DNA of 64,000 nucleotides, from positions 1,120,001-1,184,000 of the forward strand of contig CAVZZO010000001.1 of the NCBI GenBank assembly GCA_963779755.1, written 5' to 3'. The notes under the pieces were generated by a model that saw only the letters and a list, made by a program, of their open reading frames with translations, was not told where the DNA came from and ran no database searches. Of this stretch, positions 57,188-64,000 are shown one piece after another (within the stretch, counting starts at the first letter, position 1; every line of letters starts with the position of its first letter). The stretch is from an uncultured Gemmatimonadales bacterium. Its GTDB lineage: Bacteria; Gemmatimonadota; Gemmatimonadetes; Gemmatimonadales; GWC2-71-9. Position numbers and translations under genes: made by a program.

Positions 57188-58578
57188 GCCAGAAACCATC
57201 CCTGTTGGTCATCGACGACGAGTCCGGGATCCTGGATACCCTCCGGATCCTGCTCAAGAAGGAAGGCTTCGAGGTCACCACCGCGCAGGGCGGCCGGGCA
57301 GGGCTGGAGCAGATCCGTGCCGGCGCGCCTGACATCATCCTGACCGATGTCCGCATGCCCCAGGTCTCGGGGCTCGACATCCTCCAGGCGGCCCGGGAGC
57401 AGGACCCCATGACGCCGGTGATTCTCATGACGGCCCAGGCCTCGCTGCAGTCGGCCATCGGTGCCGTCAACGCCGGCGCGTTCTACTACATCCAGAAGCC
57501 GTTCGCCAACGACGAGCTGATCGCCATTCTGCGCCGCGCGAGCGACTTCCGGGCCGTAAAGGTGGAAAACAAGCACCTCCGGCAGGAGATCAAACGGCGC
57601 GACCGCGGCAGCACCGACCGGCCCATCGGCAAGTCGAAGCGCTTCCTGGACACCCTGAAGCTGGCCGAGCAGGTGGCACCCACCGATTCCACGGTGCTCA
57701 TCACCGGCGAGAGCGGCACGGGCAAGGAGGTCGTCGCCCGCTACATCCATAATCTGTCCCACCGCAGCGAGGGCCCGGTGCTCTCGATCAACTGCGGCGC
57801 GCTGCCCGAGAACCTGCTGGAAAGCGAGCTGTTCGGGCACGTCAAAGGCTCCTTCACCGGCGCGGTGCGCGACAAACAGGGCCTCTTCGCCGCCGCCCGC
57901 GGCGGCAGCTTCTTCCTCGATGAGGTGGGCGAGATGACGCCCGCGTTGCAGATCAAGCTCCTGCGGGTCCTGCAGGAGCGCGAGGCCATTCCCGTCGGGG
58001 CCACCGAAGCCATCCCGGTGGACGTGCGGATCATGGCGGCCACCAATCGCGATCTGGAAGAAGAAACCCGCCGCGGCACTTTCCGCTCCGATCTCTTCTA
58101 CCGGCTCAATGTCATCGCCATCCATCTGCCGCCGTTGCGCGACCGCCGGGAGGACATCCTGCCGCTCATGGAATCGTTCCTGCAGAGCATCGCCACCGAG
58201 AACGGCGCCGAGCCGAAGGCGCTCTCCGCCGAGGCCCTGGATGCCGTGATGGTCTACGACTGGCCGGGCAACGTCCGGGAGCTGGAGAACGCGCTGGAAC
58301 ACGCCTCGGTGCTCACCCGCGGCAGCATCATCGAACCGTCCGCCCTGCCCGAGCGCATCACCCGGCGCCGCAAGGAGCCCCTGGTGAGCGAGCGCTCCTT
58401 CCAGAACCCCACCCTGGATATCATCGAGCGTTCCTACATCATGTGGGTCCTGCAGGTGGAAGGCGGCAACAAGACCCGGGCGGCCGAAGTGCTGGGCATC
58501 GATCCCTCCACGCTCTACCGCAAGCTCAGCCGCTATGAGGAGTCTTCCACCCAGAAGAGCGTGGGCGGGGTCGAGTAG
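57184..58578 (+). CDS. pilR: Sigma-54-dependent response regulator PilR-like
   Basis: Receiver (IDDE, TDVRMP, QKPF); GESGTGKE, ESELFGHVKGSFTGA, FLDEVGE, WPGNVRELEN; Fis-type HTH. Confidence 0.9.
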   Translation: MSQKPSLLVIDDESGILDTLRILLKKEGFEVTTAQGGRAGLEQIRAGAPDIILTDVRMPQVSGLDILQAAREQDPMTPVILMTAQASLQSAIGAVNAGAFYYIQKPFANDELIAILRRASDFRAVKVENKHLRQEIKRRDRGSTDRPIGKSKRFLDTLKLAEQVAPTDSTVLITGESGTGKEVVARYIHNLSHRSEGPVLSINCGALPENLLESELFGHVKGSFTGAVRDKQGLFAAARGGSFFLDEVGEMTPALQIKLLRVLQEREAIPVGATEAIPVDVRIMAATNRDLEEETRRGTFRSDLFYRLNVIAIHLPPLRDRREDILPLMESFLQSIATENGAEPKALSAEALDAVMVYDWPGNVRELENALEHASVLTRGSIIEPSALPERITRRRKEPLVSERSFQNPTLDIIERSYIMWVLQVEGGNKTRAAEVLGIDPSTLYRKLSRYEESSTQKSVGGVE

Positions 58579-58587
58579 GACGCCGGC

Positions 58588-58743
58588 CTCACCCCCTGGC
58601 CCCCCTCTCCACTTCGTGGGAGAGGGGGAACGCTGGGAGCAATCGGGTTGCCCCGGACAGACGATCTCAAAGTCGCGTTCCCCCTTCCCAATAGGGAAGG
58701 GGGACAGGGGGTCAGGTTCCCGCTGGCGGGGACTCGCAATGAC
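58588..58743. repeat. Composite REP-like palindromic element
   Basis: CTCACCCCCTGGCCCCCTCTCC…GGGAGAGGGGG, then the inverted type CCCCTTCCC-AATA-GGGAAGGGG…GGGGTCAGG, ending CTCGCAATGAC. Confidence 0.7.
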
Positions 58744-58759
58744 AGCGATACTTGTACCG

Positions 58760-58866
58760 GTACCGCCGTACCGCCGTACCGCCGTACCGCCGTACCGCCG
58801 TACCGCCGTACCGCCGTACCGCCGTACCGCCGTACCGCCCTTACCGCCCTTACCGCCCTTACCGCC
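58760..58866. repeat. (GTACCGCC)10 followed by (CTTACCGCC)3
   Basis: Counted directly: 58760-58839 and 58840-58866. Confidence 0.97.
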
Positions 58867-59017
58867 TGACCGCCCGTCCGCCGCCTCCCGGGGCCACGCC
58901 CAATCTGAATTTCCCTTGCAAAATCCAGTGAAGCGGCTGAGCGGGAATCTGCAGTGTTTTGTGCCGCAGTTTTCCAAAGCATTGTCCGGCAACCTTTTAC
59001 CGGATCAGCCCATGAAT

Positions 59018-59032
59018 TGGCACATGTGTTGC
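59018..59032 (+). promoter_or_regulatory. Sigma-54 (-24/-12) promoter of pilA
   Basis: TGGCAC-ATGTG-TTGC with canonical GG-N10-GC spacing, 75 nt before pilA and downstream of pilR. Confidence 0.9.
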
Positions 59033-59107
59033 CCCTCCATCCGGCCGGAACGAAGTGCAGGTGTCAGGATCGCTTGACGACCACCAATTTTCCGGAGGGG
59101 TTGTACC

Positions 59108-59530
59108 ATGAACCGCAAGGGTTTCACGCTCATCGAGCTGCTGATCGTCGTGGTGATCATCGGCATCCTGGCCGCGATCGCCATCCCGAAGTTCGCGAAC
59201 ACCAAGCAGAAGGCCATCGTTGCCTCCATGAAGTCGGACCTGAAGAACCTCGTCACTGCCGAGGAAGCCTTCTTCTCCGATAACAACGACTACGCCGGCA
59301 CCGCCGGTCCCACTCAGGTGAACGGTGTGGGCGGCGGCGGGACTGTCGCCTTCGTGCCGACGCAGGGCAACGTGCTGGCGCTGGCCTACGGCAGCGCCGC
59401 AGGCTGGACCGCCACCATGACGAACCCCGCCGTGACCGGCGTGCCGAGCACCTGCGGTGTGTACATCGGTCTGACCGCCCCGGGCGGTATGCCGACGCCG
59501 AACCAGGAAGGTTCGCCGCAGTGCTGGTAA
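59108..59530 (+). CDS. pilA: Major type IVa pilin
   Basis: MNRKG|FTLIELLIVVVIIGILAAIAIPKF; C-terminal Cys pair; SD GGAGG. Confidence 0.93.
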   Translation: MNRKGFTLIELLIVVVIIGILAAIAIPKFANTKQKAIVASMKSDLKNLVTAEEAFFSDNNDYAGTAGPTQVNGVGGGGTVAFVPTQGNVLALAYGSAAGWTATMTNPAVTGVPSTCGVYIGLTAPGGMPTPNQEGSPQCW

Positions 59531-59550
59531 TCTCGGGTCTGTAGTTCTCT

Positions 59551-59589
59551 CGGGTGGGCGGCAGGTTTCCTGCCGCCCATCCGTGTTCT
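59551..59589 (+). terminator. Hairpin terminator after pilA
   Basis: CGGGTGGGCGGCAGG-TTT-CCTGCCGCCCATCCG followed by TGTTCT. Confidence 0.7.
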
Positions 59590-59678
59590 ACGACTGTATC
59601 TTTCCTGATCCGCGGTCTCCTTCCACATCACCGCGGATCCACCCAGGGGCCTCTGACCCGGCGGCAGGACGACGCGCA

Positions 59679-61025
59679 GTGCATCTACTGACCATCTCGC
59701 GGGATCAGCATCTGGCCGACAGTCTCCGGTCGGCTCTGGGGGAGAAGAGCTGTGAGCTGCTCTCCCCCGGGCCCCCCGCCGAGTTGCTACCCCGGATCTT
59801 CGCCCGGTTGCCCGACGCCGTCCTGTACGATGCCGCCGGTAGTCCCGACGATATTCCCGCGCTCCTGGCCGCCTATCGCGAAGCGGCAGGGCCGCCGCCG
59901 CTCCTGATACTCTTTCCACCGGGACGCCGGCAGGACGGGCTCGCCGCCGTCCGCGAGGGCGCGTTCGACTACCTGCTGCAGCCGCTGGCGCTCGACGAGC
60001 TCGCGCTGCGCATTCGCCGGGCCCAGGAACTGGGCCACGCCCGGCAGGAGGCGGCGAGTCTGCGCACCACGCTGGAACGGGAAACCGCGCGCGGGCAGCT
60101 GGTGGCCGAGAGCCCGGCCATGCTGGCCCTGCGGGAACGGGCCGCTGCGCTGGCCGGGCAGCACTGCCACGTGCTGATCCGGGGCGAGTCCGGAACGGGC
60201 CGGAAAACGCTGGCCGAATATCTCCATCGCGCCGGGCCGGAGCGTCGGGCCCCGCTCAGGATCATTGCCTGCGCCGAGCTGAGCCCCGAGATGCTCGAGG
60301 CCACGCTGTTCCGCCGGCCCGGTCCCGCCGATCCCCGCCTGCCGCCGCCGGCGCTCGAAGGCGAGCCGGCCGGCGCCACCGTGGTCCTGGACGGCATCGG
60401 CGAGGTTCCCCGGTCGCTGCAGGACCGGATCGCCGCGTTTCTGCAGGAGCAGGACGAAAACGCCCGGCGGCAGCCGGCATCGCCGTGGATCCGTCTGGTA
60501 GCGCTGGCCGGCCCCGCCGATGCCACCGAGGCGCCGGGCGAGGTCAGCGACCGCCTGCGCACGCTGCTCGACGGGGCCGTGCTCCACGTGCCGCCGCTTC
60601 GGGAGCGGACCCAGGACGTCGCCGCGCTGCTGGCGCACTTTGCCCAGCGGGCCGCTCAACGCCTGGGCCGGCCGGTGAGCGTATCACCCCGCGCGCTGGC
60701 CATGCTGGCGGTGTATGCCTGGCCCGGCAACGTGCGGGAGCTGGAGTCCGCGGTAAATCACGCCGCCCGTCTGGCCGGCAACGGCCGCCTGGAATACGCC
60801 GACTTCGGTCTGATGACGCTGCCGTCGGCGCCGCCCAGCGCTGACAATGAGGGCAGTCTGGCCCTCAAACCCCAGGTCGAGGCATTCGAGCGCCAGGTGA
60901 TCATGCAGGCCCTGGCGGCCGCCAAGGGCAGCCGGCGGACGGCTGCCCGGCTCCTCGGTATCAGTCTCCGCACCCTGTTCTACAAGATCCGTCGCTACGG
61001 ACTGGAGCGCGCCCGGCCGGCCTGA
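59679..61025 (+). CDS. Degenerate NtrC-like enhancer-binding protein (REC-AAA+-HTH)
   Basis: GAFDYL, GESGTGRK, VPPLRER, WPGNVRELES, HTH LLGISLRTLFYK. GAFTGA loop and Walker B Glu absent. Start uncertain. Confidence 0.82.
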   Translation: MHLLTISRDQHLADSLRSALGEKSCELLSPGPPAELLPRIFARLPDAVLYDAAGSPDDIPALLAAYREAAGPPPLLILFPPGRRQDGLAAVREGAFDYLLQPLALDELALRIRRAQELGHARQEAASLRTTLERETARGQLVAESPAMLALRERAAALAGQHCHVLIRGESGTGRKTLAEYLHRAGPERRAPLRIIACAELSPEMLEATLFRRPGPADPRLPPPALEGEPAGATVVLDGIGEVPRSLQDRIAAFLQEQDENARRQPASPWIRLVALAGPADATEAPGEVSDRLRTLLDGAVLHVPPLRERTQDVAALLAHFAQRAAQRLGRPVSVSPRALAMLAVYAWPGNVRELESAVNHAARLAGNGRLEYADFGLMTLPSAPPSADNEGSLALKPQVEAFERQVIMQALAAAKGSRRTAARLLGISLRTLFYKIRRYGLERARPA

Positions 61026-61067
61026 GAGAAGACGGCAGGCGGTATGCGCAGCCGGGTGGAGAATATT

Positions 61068-61158
61068 GTCGTTGCGGGGGCGCGGAGCGCCCAGGCACGT
61101 CTCCTGACGTGCGCACCCTGGGAGATTGCTTCGGCGGCCGGCGCCGCCTCGCAATGAC
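61068..61158. repeat. REP-like GTCRTTGCG…CGCAATGAC element
   Basis: GTCGTTGCGGGG…GAGATTGCTTCGG…CCTCGCAATGAC; same 3' end (CTCGCAATGACAGCGAT) as at 58733-58749. Confidence 0.7.
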
Positions 61159-61168
61159 AGCGATTTTC

Positions 61169-61210
61169 CACCGCTCACCGCTCACCGCTCACCGCTCACC
61201 GCTCACCGCC
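61169..61210. repeat. (CACCGCT)5 plus one variant copy
   Basis: Counted directly. Confidence 0.95.
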
Positions 61211-61300
61211 CTTTCTCGCCATCGCCTGCGTCTTTCCGGTTACTCCTTCCAGATTCCCTGATGCCATGGTTGCAGCCGTCATTCACATGGGACGGCTGGC

Positions 61301-61669
61301 ATGCACCATATCGGCGATTCACGCGGCGGCACCATGGTCGAGGTGCTGGTTGCCCTCACCCTGCTCACCATAGGCCTGCTCGGCGTCACCGGGACGGCGC
61401 TCGCTTCCCACCGCCTGTTGGACGGCGGCCGATGGGCCACCCGCCTGGCGCTGGCCGGCCAGAGCCGTCTCGAGCTGCTGCGCCAGGCCGCCCGGGATTC
61501 GGCCGCCTGCCGGGCGCCGCAATCCGGCACCCGCACGCTGGGCCCCGCCACGGAACAATGGTCCGCCTCGCCCGCCGGATCCGCGCTTCGGCTGCAGAGC
61601 GTCTTGAGGCGGGCGGCCCGGGGGATCGTCGCGGCGGAAACCCTGCGGGTCACGGTATGGTGCCCGTGA
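61301..61669 (+). CDS. pilV: Minor pilin PilV-like
   Basis: RG|GTMVEVLVALTLL class III-like signal with Glu5; short product. Confidence 0.72.
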   Translation: MHHIGDSRGGTMVEVLVALTLLTIGLLGVTGTALASHRLLDGGRWATRLALAGQSRLELLRQAARDSAACRAPQSGTRTLGPATEQWSASPAGSALRLQSVLRRAARGIVAAETLRVTVWCP

Positions 61670-62502
61670 ACCGCCGGGCCGCCGGGTATACGCTGGCGGA
61701 GCTCATGATGGCGCTGGTGCTCACCGGCCTGGTCGCGACGGCGCTGATACGCGCGCTGCTGGTCATCCGCCGTGCGGCCGAGGCGCAGGTGGAAACGGCC
61801 GCCATGGAAGGGGCGCTGCGGGGCGGTGCTCTGCTGTCCGCGGCGGAGCTGCGCGAACTGGGGGGCGACAGTGTTACGGAAGACATTCTCGCCTTCGCCG
61901 CCGAGTCCCTCACCTACCGTGCCGGGCGGGGCAGCGGTATCGCCTGCCGGGTTGGTGGCAGCGCGATCGTGCTCGACGCGAGCCTGCAATCAGGCTACCG
62001 GCAGCCCCAGCCGGGTCGAGACAGCCTGCAGCTGTTCGTTGAGGGAGACCCGCTGACGCGCTCCGATGATCGGTGGGTGCGCCTGCCGATTCTCAGTGTC
62101 ACGGCCGATTCCTGCCGGGGCGGCGCGGCTCTCGCGCTGGGGACGGTGCTGGACACCGTGCTGGTCCCCCCGGGGGCGGTGGATTCCCTCGCGCCGGCTC
62201 GTATCTTCGAAATCATGCAGCTGAAGCTGTACAGCAGCGGCGGCACCCGCTGGCTCGGCGCGCGGTCGGTTTCGGCGGGCGAGAGCATCCAGCCGGTGCT
62301 GGGGCCGTTGGCGTCGGCGGGATTCCAGCTCACCGGCCTCGACTCCACCGGGAGCCCCACCACCCAGCCGTCACGCATGCGAGGGCTCCGGATCCAGCTG
62401 CGCGGAACTCCCGCGCATGCCGTCCATTGGGGCGGCATGGCCCCCGCTCTCCTCCGCAGCGACAGCGTGGACCTGGTGGTCACACTGCGGAATGCCCCAT
62501 GA
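61666..62502 (+). CDS. pilW: Minor pilin PilW-like
   Basis: AG|YTLAELMMALVL; GTGA overlap with pilV; ends LRN. Confidence 0.75.
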   Translation: MNRRAAGYTLAELMMALVLTGLVATALIRALLVIRRAAEAQVETAAMEGALRGGALLSAAELRELGGDSVTEDILAFAAESLTYRAGRGSGIACRVGGSAIVLDASLQSGYRQPQPGRDSLQLFVEGDPLTRSDDRWVRLPILSVTADSCRGGAALALGTVLDTVLVPPGAVDSLAPARIFEIMQLKLYSSGGTRWLGARSVSAGESIQPVLGPLASAGFQLTGLDSTGSPTTQPSRMRGLRIQLRGTPAHAVHWGGMAPALLRSDSVDLVVTLRNAP

Positions 62503-63611
62503 CGGCCCGTCCTCGCAGTGCCGGAACCCGTGGGGCCGCCCTGCTGCTCGCGCTGCTGGTCCTCATCGCAGGATCGGCGGCCGTGCTACTGGGATTTACC
62601 GACGCGCTGCTCCAATGGCGCGCGGGCCGGGGCACCAGCGGAGTGGAGCGGGCACACGCGGCGGCCGAGACCGGACTGGCCATGGTCGAGTCGGGATGGT
62701 CCCCCGCTTACGACACGCTGCCGCGGGGGCAGCTGCTTGCGCTCGCTCCCCTCTCGCTGGGTGGCGGTGACAGCACCCGGATCACCATCCTGCCCCTCAG
62801 CGGGAGCGTCTATCGGCTCACTGCCATCGGCCGGCACATTACGCCGGTCGGCACGGCCAGCGCTATCCTGGCCACCTATCTCCGGATCGACGCCCCGTAT
62901 CCGGAGATCCTGGCGGCACTCTCGGTCCTGGATACCGCGGTGGTTGACAACGCTTCCCTGCTGGGGAACGACAGCATGCCGTCCACATGGGCCGGGCGCT
63001 GCTCGCCGCCGGGGCCGCCACGGGCCGGGCTGCGGGTCGGCGCGGCCACCGTGTGGGGAGCGTGTCCCGGGTGCGCCGGCGCGCCGCCGGTGGCGCAGGA
63101 CAGCGCCCTGTCGCCGGCGGTATTCAACCGGTTCGGCCCGGATACTTACGCCGGCCTGGCCGCCAGGGCGTTACGAGTGGCCACCGGGACGCTCACCGGG
63201 CTCGGCCCGGTGGTGGTCGGAGGCCTCTGCCTGCAGAGCGACAGCACGAACTGGGGTGAGCCGCTGGGGAGCGGCCCCGCTACCGCGTGTCGCGAGTTCT
63301 TCCCGGTGGTGCATGCGCCAGGTAACCTCCGGCTGGATGGGGGCCGCGGGCAGGGCGTCCTGCTGGTGGACGGCGATCTCGAACTGACCGGGGGGGTGGC
63401 CTACACCGGCGTGGTGGTGGTGCGGGGAAGCCTCCGCGCCACCGGCCTGGGCGGGAGGATCACAGGTGGCGTGCTCGCCGCCCAGGCCGATCTGGGGCCC
63501 GGATCCGGGCCCCTGACGGTGCAGTACTCCTCCTGTGCCCTGCGACGAGCTCTGCGGGCCGCCGGGCTGCCGGCCCCGCTGCCGGGTTGGCGGTGGGCGG
63601 AGTTGTATTGA
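62499..63611 (+). CDS. pilX: Minor pilin PilX-like
   Basis: RG|AALLLALLVL (no Glu5, typical of PilX/GspK); AHAAAETGL; beta-helix-like GVLLVDGDL…GVVVVRG. Confidence 0.75.
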   Translation: MTARPRSAGTRGAALLLALLVLIAGSAAVLLGFTDALLQWRAGRGTSGVERAHAAAETGLAMVESGWSPAYDTLPRGQLLALAPLSLGGGDSTRITILPLSGSVYRLTAIGRHITPVGTASAILATYLRIDAPYPEILAALSVLDTAVVDNASLLGNDSMPSTWAGRCSPPGPPRAGLRVGAATVWGACPGCAGAPPVAQDSALSPAVFNRFGPDTYAGLAARALRVATGTLTGLGPVVVGGLCLQSDSTNWGEPLGSGPATACREFFPVVHAPGNLRLDGGRGQGVLLVDGDLELTGGVAYTGVVVVRGSLRATGLGGRITGGVLAAQADLGPGSGPLTVQYSSCALRRALRAAGLPAPLPGWRWAELY

Positions 63612-63650
63612 GAGTGGGCGGAGTGGCCGGGGTGAGTGGAGTGGGCCGAG
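63612..63650. repeat. (GAGTGG…)n degenerate repeat
   Basis: GAGTGGGCGGAGTGGCCGGGGTGAGTGG; a near-inverse copy lies at 22783-22810. Confidence 0.7.
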
Positions 63651-64000
63651 CCTCCTTCTAATTCTCGCGAAATGCTGTAAATCCCTGCACGGTGCGCTGC
63701 GGTGGCCAGGACGACGCCGGGCACCCCTCGGGCTCGGCCATTGCTTGGAAGGGGTTAGAGCGTCCGATCGGGGCCGATTCGGGCCGAATTTCCGTGCAGA
63801 CTGCCGCATCGCCATGCGACCTGCGTGAAGAAAACGGGCGCTCACGGGTATCGGGCTCTTTGTGAGCGCCCACTCGCGTCAAGTGGCACGGGTTTGCTTA
63901 CAGAACCGGCTGGCGAAGCAGGACGTCGGCTGGGGTCCTGTGCTCGAAGTCAGTTGATGTAAGCCGCTTTAAGTAATGCTTGATCAACGGATTGATTAAC

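Noticed and set aside
58760..58866. Tandem repeats as a CRISPR array or as GGTAVRRY-repeat proteins
   Set aside because: Units are 8-9 nt with no spacers and no cas genes; the ORFs are translation artefacts of the repeat.
63884..63898. TGGCAC-GGGT-TTGCT as a second sigma-54 promoter
   Set aside because: GG-to-GC spacing is 9 nt rather than the required 10, and the downstream gene is outside the window.

Overview
High-GC bacterial DNA, about 45 protein-coding genes; no rRNA, tRNA, CRISPR array, integrase or transposase recognised. The gene mix (SprA and PorV-like barrels, Oar-type TonB receptors, a delta-proteobacterial-style pilBTC/pilSR/pilA set) suggests an FCB-group organism, probably Gemmatimonadota (inference). 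The left block is TonB receptor, lptG-lptF, sprA, an M28 glutaminyl-cyclase-like lipoprotein, comEA and pilB-pilT-pilC. A ~37.7 kb variable block follows (ABC pair, OsmC/methyltransferase/AraC, serine hydrolase, Ni and Fe transport, peptidase, MarR-RND efflux, TonB receptor, UPF0182, MocR, antiporter and others). The right block is pilS-pilR-sigma54 promoter-pilA, a degenerate enhancer-binding protein and pilV-pilW-pilX. The best candidate for an undescribed system is a type IX secretion (T9SS)-like surface-display pathway: SprA, a 1345-aa Cys-rich protein with a T9SS C-terminal sorting domain co-transcribed with its own PorV-family barrel, a nearby large TonB receptor, and a putative glutaminyl cyclase matching the Gln at +1 of 6 of 7 predicted signal peptidase I (SPI) substrates. 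Intergenic DNA carries many different 7-9 nt tandem and inverted repeats. All calls come from reading motifs by eye; no database searches were run.
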